A stretch of DNA of 62,271 nucleotides, counting the filler. It is 6 parts of 6 records of this genome, joined end to end, with 100 filler letters (N's around TTAATTAATTAA, not from the genome) between each part and the next. Parts side by side here need not be neighbours in the genome. Positions count along the whole stretch, not along the records: positions 16,507 to 46,129 come from SRR33789315_13; 5 more parts are not named here. One strand, given 5' to 3'. Numbering within the stretch: the stretch's first letter is position 1; each line of letters opens with the position of its first letter. Below are positions 17,440 through 27,212 of this stretch, one piece after another. The notes under the pieces are model-generated. The model saw only the letters and a list, made by a program, of their open reading frames with translations. It was not told the origin of the DNA and ran no database searches. A program made the translations under genes and the position numbers.

Positions 17440-18348
17440 GTGAAAGTCGCAATTTTAACAATCCTGCCTGACACCTACTCTGTAAAAAGCCTTAGCGAAG
17501 AAGGCGTCAAGAGGGGTCATGAAATAAAAGTCATCAATTATCTAAAATGCTCGATGCAAGTTCGTGCAGACCAGTCGACTCTTTCTTACGAAGGGGAAGA
17601 CCTTAAAGATGTAGATGCAGTTATTGCAAGAATCAGTTCAGGTTATACATTTATTGGTTGCTCTGTTGTAAGACAGTTTGAGGCGATGGGTGTTTACTGT
17701 GTAAATGGATCGCTTGGAATTGCCAGGTCAAAAGATAAACTTCGAAGCCTTCAAATTATGGCAAGAAAGGGAATGAGAATTCCTCCGACATCTTTTTCGC
17801 ATTCAACACCTGACATTAATGGCCTAATCAATAGTGTAGGTGGAGCTCCTGTTATCGTAAAACTTATTGAAGGAACTCAAGGTATTGGTGTCGTTAAAGC
17901 TGACACAAAACAAGCCGCTGAATCTGTGCTTGAAGCCTTTAGAGGTCTAAACGCAAATATGATAGTTCAAGAATATATTGGGGAAAGTGAAGGGGCGGAT
18001 ATTAGAGCTTTTGTCGTGGGAGAAAAAGTGATCGCCTCAATGATTCGAAAAGCTGCCGAAGGCGAATTCAGGGCCAACCTCCATCGTGGCGGCACAGCGG
18101 AAAAAATAAAAATTACCTCTGAGGAGCGTGCACTGGCGATCCAGGCAGCAAAAGAAATGAAGTTATCAGTTGCCGGAGTCGATATCATTCGCTCAAAATC
18201 AGGACCTATGATATTAGAGGTTAACTCTTCGCCAGGACTTGAGGGGATCTCAGGTTCAACCGGAGTGAATGTTGCTGGAGCAATATTTGATTTCATAGAA
18301 AAAGATCTTGTCAAAACTGGTAATAAAACGGCAAAAGTGACGATCTAA
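17440..18348 (+). CDS. rimK: RimK-family alpha-L-glutamate ligase
   Basis: DKLRSLQ, KLIEGTQGIGVV, QEYIGESEGADIR, FRANLHRGG, EVNSSPGLEGI. Confidence 0.92.
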   Translation: MKVAILTILPDTYSVKSLSEEGVKRGHEIKVINYLKCSMQVRADQSTLSYEGEDLKDVDAVIARISSGYTFIGCSVVRQFEAMGVYCVNGSLGIARSKDKLRSLQIMARKGMRIPPTSFSHSTPDINGLINSVGGAPVIVKLIEGTQGIGVVKADTKQAAESVLEAFRGLNANMIVQEYIGESEGADIRAFVVGEKVIASMIRKAAEGEFRANLHRGGTAEKIKITSEERALAIQAAKEMKLSVAGVDIIRSKSGPMILEVNSSPGLEGISGSTGVNVAGAIFDFIEKDLVKTGNKTAKVTI

Positions 18349-18365
18349 ACTTTAAGGAAAAACAT

Positions 18366-19343
18366 ATGGGCAATCTTTCTACATTTATGCGCGAACACTA
18401 CCGTCACTTTAATGCGGCGGCGATGATGGATGCTGCTGAAGATTATAAAAAACATCTCGCCGGTGGTGGCAAAATGATGATCACCTTAGCTGGTGCCATG
18501 TCGACTGCTGAACTTGGCAGATCTTTAGCAGAAATGATTCGCCAAGGAAAAGTCGATGCCATTACTTGTACTGGTGCTAACCTTGAAGAAGATATCTTTA
18601 ACTTAGTTGCTCATAATGAATATAAAAGAGTTCCACACTGGAGAAACTTAACTCCACAAGATGAGGCTGACTTACTTGCTGGCGGATTCAATCGTGTGAC
18701 TGACACTTGTATTCCAGAAGAGCAGGCGATGAGAAAGATCGAAACGGCCATCACTCGACAGTGGCAAGAGGCTGATGAAAAAAATGAAACAATGGCTCCC
18801 TATCAATTCTTTTGGAAATTATTAGATGATCCAGAGATTAAGGCCTCGTTTCAGATTCCTGAGAAAAACTCATGGATGATTGCAGCTAAGGAAAAAAATA
18901 TTCCAATTTTCACTCCAGGTTGGGAAGATTCAACTCTTGGTAATATGTACGCTGCGGCCAATATAGAAGGACGTATCAAAAACGTTTCAACTGTTGAGCA
19001 CGGTATTCAGACCATGATGAGACTAGCTAATTGGTATACAGAAGTTACTCGCTCTTCAAAAAAGAGTGTAGGCTTTTTTCAAATAGGTGGCGGTATTGCA
19101 GGGGATTTTCCTATTTGTGTCGTTCCCATGATTCATCAAGACCTTCAGCGCGAAGACGTTCCTTTATGGGGTTACTTTTGCCAAATTTCAGATTCAACGA
19201 CGAGTTATGGTTCTTACTCTGGAGCAACGCCAAGTGAGAAGATCACTTGGGGTAAACTTGGGGTTGATACACCAATGCACGTTGTAGAGAGTGATGCCAC
19301 TATTGTTGCGCCACTTATGTTTGGGTATATTCTAGATTGGTAG
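18366..19343 (+). CDS. Deoxyhypusine synthase-like protein (bacterial homospermidine synthase-type)
   Basis: LAGAMSTAELG, TGANLEED, IGGGIAGDFPIC, SYGSYSGATPSEKITWGK, ESDATIVAPL. Confidence 0.9.
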   Translation: MGNLSTFMREHYRHFNAAAMMDAAEDYKKHLAGGGKMMITLAGAMSTAELGRSLAEMIRQGKVDAITCTGANLEEDIFNLVAHNEYKRVPHWRNLTPQDEADLLAGGFNRVTDTCIPEEQAMRKIETAITRQWQEADEKNETMAPYQFFWKLLDDPEIKASFQIPEKNSWMIAAKEKNIPIFTPGWEDSTLGNMYAAANIEGRIKNVSTVEHGIQTMMRLANWYTEVTRSSKKSVGFFQIGGGIAGDFPICVVPMIHQDLQREDVPLWGYFCQISDSTTSYGSYSGATPSEKITWGKLGVDTPMHVVESDATIVAPLMFGYILDW

Positions 19344-19366
19344 TTCAAAACAATATCTTCAAAGAA

Positions 19367-20977
19367 ATGGCAAAGTCTATTAATGCTGCTTTGCCATTCT
19401 TATTTCTAGTTCTTTGTTGGTCGACACCTTTACTAGCTTATTGGTTAGTTGAAGCGGACTATCCAATATTCTTTCTGCACAAACTTAGTCCAGATGAATT
19501 TCAATATTGGCAGGAGATTGATTCACTTCAATTATTAATAAGCCAATCCGATTTTTTTAATTTTATATTTTTTAAAGAAAAATTTGGATATGGAACGTTA
19601 TATTGGCAGACCTACGCCTTTTTTAGTTATCCTTTTCGTGCTTTATCATTGGCAAATGATGGTCATTTCATTTTAGTTTTAAGATCGATAAATTTGTTTT
19701 TTCAGTTATTAACAGCTTACCTACTAGTTAAAACTCATAATAAATGGTCGACAAATCTTCGTAGTCTTTGGACGTTTGTATTAACAATCGCCTTTATGCC
19801 TGGTCTTCTCATTATGTGGAAGGGCTATTCTCCTGACTATCTTTGTGCTTGTTTTTTAGCTGCCTCAATTTATTTTGCTAGTTGCTATCTTGAAAATCCC
19901 AAGAGTTCTAAAAAACCTATCTACGTAGCAGCTCTATTTATTGGTCTTTCTATTTCAATAAAAATCTATATGGCTTTATTTATGGGGGTTTTTGTTTTAC
20001 TGGCCTTCACATTAATGAGCACACAACAAGTTAAGATCAAACATAAACGTTTCAAATTATTATTAGTCGGCCTTCTTTTTTCTTTCTTAGGACTCTTACT
20101 AGGTAATTTAAGATTACTATCTGACCCTTCGTCATTTATGACCCTAATATCTGTCTTTTCCAACGTTGTTAATAGCAATGATTATGTCAATGCAATGCCT
20201 TTTAGCGATAGTTATCTTGCACGATTATTAACATGGTTTAGTAACTCGTATTCATCATCATACATTTCGATGAGTAGTGTCGGAGTACTTCGCGAATTTT
20301 TTGGCCTTCCTGCTTTTGTTATAATTTGCTTTGGAGCTTTATCTTCTATTTTAGAGCTTCGTTTATCGAAAGAATTAAGTGATATTAAACGATTTGTTTT
20401 TCTTTTATTTTTTTCAAGTTTAATTGTCTTCTTTGTTACTATCCTCATTACAAATAGAGTCTGGTCTTGGTATTTAATAAATCCTGTTTTGATATTGGTC
20501 TTAACAACCAATTGGATTATCTGGAATTCTAAAAAACTATTCAAGAATGATAAACACAAAAAAATATTCTACGTCTTCCTTTTTATTACTCACGTTATAT
20601 CGATGGGATTTTTTTCTCTCAAACAATACCAGCAAAAGATGGACGAAACTAAGAGACAATTGACGCTAATCAATGCTGAGTATAAATCTTGTGTCATGCC
20701 ATTTCTTAAGAAGACAAATTTTTTCCAAAATGGGGTTGAATATCAATCATACGGTTTTCCCATTAAGGTATTGTATATTCCTTATGGATTTCCCATTTCT
20801 GTAAATCAGTACGTAAATGTTTACACTCATGATGTCGATACGGTGAATATCTTTAGTACTGCAAAGTATATTTTCTTGAAAGGTGATCTTATTACAAAAA
20901 TTTCGAATTTTGAGCAAGACTTTAAGGTTTCGCGCTGTCTTGATGGTGTTTATTATCTTGAACGAAAAGATCTCTAA
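19367..20977 (+). CDS. Multi-pass membrane protein, probable GT-C (ArnT/PMT-like) glycosyltransferase
   Basis: About 11 hydrophobic segments; first-loop SPDE motif; SPDY and GLSISIK patterns; AT-rich; ATG 19367 is the probable start. Confidence 0.5.
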   Translation: MAKSINAALPFLFLVLCWSTPLLAYWLVEADYPIFFLHKLSPDEFQYWQEIDSLQLLISQSDFFNFIFFKEKFGYGTLYWQTYAFFSYPFRALSLANDGHFILVLRSINLFFQLLTAYLLVKTHNKWSTNLRSLWTFVLTIAFMPGLLIMWKGYSPDYLCACFLAASIYFASCYLENPKSSKKPIYVAALFIGLSISIKIYMALFMGVFVLLAFTLMSTQQVKIKHKRFKLLLVGLLFSFLGLLLGNLRLLSDPSSFMTLISVFSNVVNSNDYVNAMPFSDSYLARLLTWFSNSYSSSYISMSSVGVLREFFGLPAFVIICFGALSSILELRLSKELSDIKRFVFLLFFSSLIVFFVTILITNRVWSWYLINPVLILVLTTNWIIWNSKKLFKNDKHKKIFYVFLFITHVISMGFFSLKQYQQKMDETKRQLTLINAEYKSCVMPFLKKTNFFQNGVEYQSYGFPIKVLYIPYGFPISVNQYVNVYTHDVDTVNIFSTAKYIFLKGDLITKISNFEQDFKVSRCLDGVYYLERKDL

Positions 20978-21756
20978 TCTCTGTTAATATGAACAACTTT
21001 AGGAAGTGATATCTCTACGTTGTTATTTTTAAATGCAGTAATCATTCGGCCATAGAATTCATTTTTAGTTTTTAAAAAATTATCTCTATGAATCCAAAAA
21101 GAAAATTGAGCATCAAGCCTTGATTCTCGTATACCTTGAACAATAAAAATTGGTTTTGGTTCATCTAAGCATTGTCCTGAATCTTCTGCTAAATCTCTTA
21201 AAATTCTTTCGACTTGAACTAAGTCTGCCTCAAAAGAAAGTGGGATTTGAAGATCGGCCCTTCTAATAGGAAAGTGAGTGACGTTGGTAATTTCACTCTT
21301 CATTAAAGTTTCATTAGGTACTCGAACGAGTAGATTATCTAAAGTTCTAAGTCTAGTTGAAAATAAATTAATCGCCATGACGACACCAGTTTTATCACCA
21401 ATGGTAATAACATCTCCTTTTTTAAAGGGCTTTTCTCCTATGAGAAATAGTCCGCTAATTAAATTAGAGGCAGATGTTTGGGAGGCAAAACCAATCGCTA
21501 CGGTAAATACTCCGGCAGCACCAAGAAGAAGTTTAAGTTGAACTCCTGCAAAGTCTAAAACAAGAAGCATAATGATACAGTTTAGCAAATAGGTTGAAAG
21601 CTTGTTAAAAATAAAGAGCTTGTTCTCATCTAAGGCCTTCGCTAAAAGAAGACAAGTCGCTCTAACCGCTATTCGAACAGCAATAAAACCAATCAAGCCA
21701 AGCATCGCGGCTTCAAGCCACAGTTTAATATTTTCTGGGTTTAGTATCTTGTACAT
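20974..21756 (-). CDS. MscS small-conductance mechanosensitive channel
   Basis: GAAGVFTVAIGFASQTSASNLISG, EKPFKKGD, VRVPNE. Confidence 0.9.
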   Translation of the reverse strand: MYKILNPENIKLWLEAAMLGLIGFIAVRIAVRATCLLLAKALDENKLFIFNKLSTYLLNCIIMLLVLDFAGVQLKLLLGAAGVFTVAIGFASQTSASNLISGLFLIGEKPFKKGDVITIGDKTGVVMAINLFSTRLRTLDNLLVRVPNETLMKSEITNVTHFPIRRADLQIPLSFEADLVQVERILRDLAEDSGQCLDEPKPIFIVQGIRESRLDAQFSFWIHRDNFLKTKNEFYGRMITAFKNNNVEISLPKVVHINRD

Positions 21757-21761
21757 TTTAG

Positions 21762-22547
21762 TTATCCAATCAATGTATTAAACGCTTTAAGAAAAATATT
21801 TTTAAGAATTGGCTGTCTTGGCATTGCGATTTTAACAGGTGAGCCAAATTCAGTTTCGTTCGGTGAATTAATCTTCATTTTCATTTCAGAAACATCATCT
21901 TCTTTTACTATAGTAATCGTTTCGGTTAACAGACCTGCTTGATCTGACTTATAAAGCGACAGATTGTTAACAGGAACTTTGATTCGTTCTAGGAAAAGTT
22001 GCTGGGTATGATTATTTTTTAAAATTATTTTTGTTACAGCTCGGTATTGAATAAGTGTTAAGTCTTCAAAACGAAGCTTAGCTTTTGTTCTGGCGGCATA
22101 ACAAAGTTCACCCTCTGTTGGATCTGGCCCAAACCACGAGTCGGATAGCCTAAGGATTGGAAGCGAGAGTAATTTTCTTGAACGTGGCTCGACAGTAATA
22201 TTTATCCAAAGAGGAGTTGAAACAAATATTGTTACCTCTTCACCTGAAGGAAGATAAAAAGGCATCTCTGGTCTAATCACGACAGGTCTATCGGCAAGAG
22301 CTGGTGTAAAACGAACGGTTGCCTCCGTCTCCTTACCACCAAAGCGATTATTATCTAGATTTTCAGGCAATGCCCCTTGATAAGGAGTTTCAATTTCTAT
22401 TTGCCTGTCTTCTGGATCATGACTTGATGTATTTGCAATACGCCATTCATTTTTAAATCGTGTAATCCACAAATGCAAAGGGCCAATTTTCCAATGGCCC
22501 GATGCTTGAGAATCAATTTCAAATTCATTCCAAATCTTCATTTCCAT
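21762..22547 (-). CDS. DUF432-like hypothetical protein co-transcribed with MscS
   Basis: PALADRPVVIRP, LSDSWFGP..EGELCY motifs; lies directly upstream of mscS. Confidence 0.55.
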   Translation of the reverse strand: MEMKIWNEFEIDSQASGHWKIGPLHLWITRFKNEWRIANTSSHDPEDRQIEIETPYQGALPENLDNNRFGGKETEATVRFTPALADRPVVIRPEMPFYLPSGEEVTIFVSTPLWINITVEPRSRKLLSLPILRLSDSWFGPDPTEGELCYAARTKAKLRFEDLTLIQYRAVTKIILKNNHTQQLFLERIKVPVNNLSLYKSDQAGLLTETITIVKEDDVSEMKMKINSPNETEFGSPVKIAMPRQPILKNIFLKAFNTLIG

Positions 22548-22577
22548 ACTTCATAGTATAGAACCTAAAGCAGGAAT

Positions 22578-22769
22578 TTAGTAGTCAGAACCTTCGTCAT
22601 ATACTGGCATTTCTTCTTCTCCAGCTGCATCTTCTTTAGCCATTGGCGTTGCTTCAGCAGGAATAGATGACTCTTCACTCCAAGTTTCATCAGCCATGTC
22701 GTCTTGAGCGTGAACAAGATTCATTTGTACTAGTAAAGACAATGCTAAAAATAGTTTCAAAAATTTCAT
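22578..22769 (-). CDS. Small secreted acidic protein
   Basis: Signal peptide (MKFLK..VHA) followed by a D/E-rich tail; GAGGAG RBS upstream on the minus strand. Confidence 0.65.
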   Translation of the reverse strand: MKFLKLFLALSLLVQMNLVHAQDDMADETWSEESSIPAEATPMAKEDAAGEEEMPVYDEGSDY

Positions 22770-23095
22770 AATAATCTCCTCGGATTAATTAGTGGGATCA
22801 AAAATAAAATGGATTCAGTAGATAGAGCTCTAGATAATAAAACAGAAAATAGTTTGGTGATGCCGGCGGTACTCATGACAACGTTAACTAGTGTTTCTGT
22901 TCCTTTGCAGTCTTGTTGATTTTCTGCTTCTACAGAATATTCCTGTCTGAGTTTGACTGCAAGCACAATTTTAATCTTTTTTTAGAGGGTGTATAAACTA
23001 AATCCAGTACTTATCCTTAGCTAACAATTTTGGTCTTTTTTTTAAATCGTTTAGCAGTGATAATCCTATCTTGTATTGGCAATAAGGAATTAGCT

Positions 23096-24532
23096 ATGAG
23101 CCGGTTAGTCAGAATTGTTAAACCTGGTCAATTTGAGCCTGAAGAGCATTTCTATCCAAAAGCTCTTAACGCTCAAATTCATCCAATGGTGGCCCATTTC
23201 TTTAACCTTGATCACGATAGAATTGTTCAACGCTACGCTTACCTAAACCCTAAAGTTGATGGAAAAGCCTTGGGCCAATTACTTAATCGATCGACTAAGT
23301 TTTTCCATTGGGGTGGAGCTGACTTGTTTTACGTCACCACGGAACAGGGAAATCGCCAAATGGTAGTACTTGAAACAAACTCTTGTCCGTCCGGTCAAAA
23401 ATCGATGCCGCCCAAGTCTGATGGTGACGAGCACAGGGGATACCGTAGTCTGATCGAAGATAGCTTCCTGAGTTTGATTAAAGGTAAGCGTTTACCCAAA
23501 GGTGTCCTTGCAGTTATTTATGACAAAAACCCTATGGAAGTTACAGGATATGCTGCGACTCTTGCCGATTTAACAGGGGAAGATGTTTGGCTGGTTCCTT
23601 GTTTTGATCAAGAAGAAAATCCGGTTGTTAATCGAGATGGAGTTCTTCATTTCGTAAATGAGGAAAATCAGGAAGTCCCAATTAGGGCATGCTTAAGATA
23701 TGTTACGCAAAAGCCTTGGAATCGATTGCCCGTCGTGACTAAGACTTTTGTTTATAACTCAACTCTAGTTTGTTTGGCGGGGGGACGTAATAAACTCGTA
23801 GCTAGTAAGGCTTACGATCTTTTTAATGCTTCGATAAAAAAACAAGGCTTAAAAATTAATACTCCTGAAACTGTCGAGGGTGTAGGTAAATTGGAAATTC
23901 CAATGTGGGTCGATCGCTTTGGTGGTTTTGCCGTTATCAAAAACCCATACTCAAACGCTGGTCAAGGAGTCTATACCATTACCAACAGTGATGAACTCGA
24001 AGAGTTTATGCAAGGGGAGTATGATTACGACCAATTTATTGTTCAGTCTTTAATCGGTCACGCCAAGTGGAGCTCCCAAACGGAACAAGGAAAGTATTAT
24101 CATATTGGCACTGTACCAAATAAAAAAGGCGAAATTTACGTCGCTGATTTAAGAATGATGGTTTACGCCACACCGACAGGCTTTAGACCTGCAGCTCTCT
24201 ATGCGAGAAAGAGTCGGTCACCTCTTAAAGAAGTTCTTGATCCAGGACAATCATCTTGGGATGTTTTAGGAACAAATCTATCGATTAAAAAAGGTAAAGA
24301 TCAGTGGGACTCAGACACGCACCGATTGATGCTCATGGATCGAAAAGATTTTAATAATCTAGGACTTGGCTTAGATGATCTGATTGAAGCCTATATTCAA
24401 GCTGTTCTTTCTGTCTCAGCGATTGATGAAATGGCAGAAAAGCTTATTTCGGCGAAAGGGGGCTTTAGAATGAAATTATTTAAATCACTTAACCACGATC
24501 AAACTTTATGCAGTGAAGTTTTAGCCAAGTAG
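23096..24532 (+). CDS. Uncharacterised ATP-grasp-like amide/peptide ligase
   Basis: GADLF, VLETNSCPSG, GGRNKLVA, VIKNPYSNAGQGVY, FIVQSLI, DLRMMV; AAGGA RBS before ATG 23096 (track start 23030). Confidence 0.65.
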   Translation: MSRLVRIVKPGQFEPEEHFYPKALNAQIHPMVAHFFNLDHDRIVQRYAYLNPKVDGKALGQLLNRSTKFFHWGGADLFYVTTEQGNRQMVVLETNSCPSGQKSMPPKSDGDEHRGYRSLIEDSFLSLIKGKRLPKGVLAVIYDKNPMEVTGYAATLADLTGEDVWLVPCFDQEENPVVNRDGVLHFVNEENQEVPIRACLRYVTQKPWNRLPVVTKTFVYNSTLVCLAGGRNKLVASKAYDLFNASIKKQGLKINTPETVEGVGKLEIPMWVDRFGGFAVIKNPYSNAGQGVYTITNSDELEEFMQGEYDYDQFIVQSLIGHAKWSSQTEQGKYYHIGTVPNKKGEIYVADLRMMVYATPTGFRPAALYARKSRSPLKEVLDPGQSSWDVLGTNLSIKKGKDQWDSDTHRLMLMDRKDFNNLGLGLDDLIEAYIQAVLSVSAIDEMAEKLISAKGGFRMKLFKSLNHDQTLCSEVLAK

Positions 24533-24533
24533 T

Positions 24534-25316
24534 TTAGCGCTGGAAAAAGAGAAAGCTCGTATCATCAAAAAGTTCTTCATGACGCTTACTTGATTTTAAA
24601 GAAGTTTGTTCTAAAAGAGCTGTAAGTGTTTCATCAAAGTTTCCATTTGGCAGTGCAAACTCATAGGTACAATTTTTAGAAAACATACCGTCTGAAGCGA
24701 TCATAACGACATCGCCCTTAGATATTTTTAAAGATGGACTTACTTCTACAAAATAATCATCAAGACCTACAACATTTGAAACAAAATGATCTTGCTCTTT
24801 TTGCATAATTGTTTTTTCTGCAAATAGACCACTCTTAAGCGCAAAGTCTTTTGGAGAGTGCAAATTGCTCTGATAGAGAATCTCACCTGTTGAAGATAAA
24901 AGTAGAGCAGGAGAATCACCGATTGAATAAAAACGAACTGTTTTTTCTCCAACTTCAGCTACTGATAAAGTGGTACCAGCATCATCCCAATTACGTTGAA
25001 TTTTTTTATGAACAGCATCAATAGCTTCAATGATGGAAGATATTGGTCCGACTTCCTTTGCATTTTTTAACTCATTAATAATGCCTTGAATGACGGCCTT
25101 GGAGGCTTTTTCACCTTCACTGTGGCCACCCATTCCATCAGCTAATAATAAAATTGTCGTCTGGCTTTCAGGGTCGTGGAAATAGCCAATACTATCTTGA
25201 TTGACTTCAGCATAAGGAGTAGTAAAAAAAGCTACCTTATTTTTATCAAGTTCTAAGAGTTGAACTTCGTCGTGACGAGTATTAAAAAATTGATCGCTTT
25301 TAATGAGGTTTGGCAT
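24534..25316 (-). CDS. PP2C-family Ser/Thr phosphatase
   Basis: NQDS, LADGMGGH, AGTT, IGDSP, ASDG, DDTS motifs. Confidence 0.88.
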   Translation of the reverse strand: MPNLIKSDQFFNTRHDEVQLLELDKNKVAFFTTPYAEVNQDSIGYFHDPESQTTILLLADGMGGHSEGEKASKAVIQGIINELKNAKEVGPISSIIEAIDAVHKKIQRNWDDAGTTLSVAEVGEKTVRFYSIGDSPALLLSSTGEILYQSNLHSPKDFALKSGLFAEKTIMQKEQDHFVSNVVGLDDYFVEVSPSLKISKGDVVMIASDGMFSKNCTYEFALPNGNFDETLTALLEQTSLKSSKRHEELFDDTSFLFFQR

Positions 25317-26048
25317 TTACAGAACTTCCAAGTGCATATGTTCAAGATAAATTCTTAAATGTCCTGCAGTTTTGAATTTTTTTCTAATCATATTCTTCTT
25401 AAGGCCACAAACAATTTCTTTAACTTCAGGCGGCTGCGATGAATATGTTTTTGCTCCACCCAAGGCATCATAAAAAATACGAATCATATCGATAACATCA
25501 TCTTGGATTGAACCCTTTGTGGCTCTTCCCCATTGGAATACATCTATGAGTTTAACGGAGAACTCAAGACCAAATTTAGTAACGATTACGTTATCAGTAT
25601 GAAGGTCGCCGTGATATTCTTTAAGATGGTGGATTTCTTCAACACCTTTAGCGATGGCATGAAGAAGGTGTAGACCCTGAAACGCAGTTAATCTTTTTCT
25701 TGGTCTCGAATTTAAAAATGTTGATAGAGTTTTTCCTTCAACGAATTCAGAGATCAGGTAAGTAATCTCTTCATCTTCATGAATAATTATTTCTTGGGAT
25801 AAATACTTAATAAGTGCGTGACAACTATGAAGCTTGTGTAGCTTTTTAGCGTAAAAGTTTACTGTTTTATTTTTTAAATTTCTTTGAGGATAAAAAAACT
25901 TAGCAGCACGCAGAATGTCAGTACCAGCTTCTTTGACGAGGTAGACTTCACCTTCCCAGCCGCCGCCAAGTCTAGAGACCACTTCATACTTGCGAGAAAG
26001 TTTCATTCCTTCAGGAAAATCGAATGCATCTATTTTTGATAAAGCCAT
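25317..26048 (-). CDS. Minimal Ser/Thr protein kinase
   Basis: LGGGWEGEVY, AAK, SEFVEG, YHGDLHTDNV, LIDVF; abuts the PP2C gene. Confidence 0.85.
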   Translation of the reverse strand: MALSKIDAFDFPEGMKLSRKYEVVSRLGGGWEGEVYLVKEAGTDILRAAKFFYPQRNLKNKTVNFYAKKLHKLHSCHALIKYLSQEIIIHEDEEITYLISEFVEGKTLSTFLNSRPRKRLTAFQGLHLLHAIAKGVEEIHHLKEYHGDLHTDNVIVTKFGLEFSVKLIDVFQWGRATKGSIQDDVIDMIRIFYDALGGAKTYSSQPPEVKEIVCGLKKNMIRKKFKTAGHLRIYLEHMHLEVL

Positions 26049-26195
26049 AACTTATTCTATGTCCAAGTCCGAACCAATAAAAGCCAATAATACTATATGT
26101 TTGGAAAACTATATAGATGTTAATTATATAGATTGTTGAAATAAAATAATATTATTTTATAAAGATTGAGACGATTATAGCCGTAGGAGGATTAT

Positions 26196-26903
26196 ATGCA
26201 GCTATCAACAGTTCTACACCCTAGTTACGAAAGAGGTCACGTTAAGATGGATTGGCTAGAAAGCCATCATAGCTTTAGCTTCGCTAGTTACTATGATCCA
26301 AAAAAAATGGGTTTTGGTGCTCTTAGGGTTATTAACGATGACATCATTGAAGGCCATCAAGGCTTTGGCACCCATCCTCATCAGGATATGGAGATCATCA
26401 CCATTCCCTTACAAGGTAGTGTTCTTCATCAAGATAGCCTTGGTACAAAAGGTACAGTCAATGTTGGTGAAGTTCAGCTGATGGCAGCTGGTACTGGCAT
26501 AAGGCATTCCGAGCATAACCCAGAGGCTATTGATCTAAAGCTGTTTCAAATTTGGATCATGCCTAACCAAAATGGTCTTAAACCTAGTTACCAACAGATG
26601 AGTTATGAAGCTTCTGCTGGAAAAGTCACTTGGCTAGTGGCTCCTAGTGATCAGCACGAAGGGGATAAAACTCTAGTGATTAATCAGGATGCTTATGTAG
26701 GAATTGCTGAACTTGATGGAAGCGATCTAGAACTTCAATCTCCTAAAGAAGGTTTGGGGACTTATATTCTCGTGGTTGAAGGACAGCTCGAGGTTAATGG
26801 GACTAAACTAGATGCAAGAGATGCGCTTGGACACTGGGAATCTAAAAGTCTACTTAAAGGCAGTGAAGGCTCAAAAGTAATTATCTTCCACGTGCCAAGA
26901 TAA
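26196..26903 (+). CDS. Pirin family protein (YhhW-like)
   Basis: SHHSFSFASYYDP, GFGTHPHQDMEI, AGTGIRHSEHN, FQIWI. Confidence 0.93.
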   Translation: MQLSTVLHPSYERGHVKMDWLESHHSFSFASYYDPKKMGFGALRVINDDIIEGHQGFGTHPHQDMEIITIPLQGSVLHQDSLGTKGTVNVGEVQLMAAGTGIRHSEHNPEAIDLKLFQIWIMPNQNGLKPSYQQMSYEASAGKVTWLVAPSDQHEGDKTLVINQDAYVGIAELDGSDLELQSPKEGLGTYILVVEGQLEVNGTKLDARDALGHWESKSLLKGSEGSKVIIFHVPR

Positions 26904-27001
26904 TAAGGCGTTAAAATCCTTTGTTAGGCAACTTAAGTGCTTGATATTTGTATGCTTCTTATTCACGGGTATACTCAACTTAACCGAATAAAGAGGTGCC
27001 C

Positions 27002-27172
27002 GTGGAAATCAAAACTTGGTTTAAAACTTTCTTAGTAGTCTGTCTAATGGTGACAAATGTAGCCATTGAAAAGCAGTTCGAGCAAATGGATAATGGAAAC
27101 GTTAAAGTAAGCTGGGATTTTTCAGTGAACTATAATGATTCTTATGCTTTAGAACAAGCAATGGAATTTTAG
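27002..27172 (+). CDS. Small 56-aa ORF not in the ORF track (N-terminal hydrophobic segment)
   Basis: GTG start after AGAGG; VEIKTWFKTFLVVCLMVTNVAIEKQFEQMDNGNVKVSWDFSVNYNDSYALEQAMEF*. Confidence 0.5.
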   Translation: MEIKTWFKTFLVVCLMVTNVAIEKQFEQMDNGNVKVSWDFSVNYNDSYALEQAMEF

Positions 27173-27212
27173 TTTTCCTGTAATCTTTTGCATTAATATT
27201 TAAGCGACAAGG

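Noticed and set aside
22766-22966. 66-aa minus-strand ORF upstream of the small acidic protein
   Set aside because: No clear RBS or motif; probably promoter/leader sequence.
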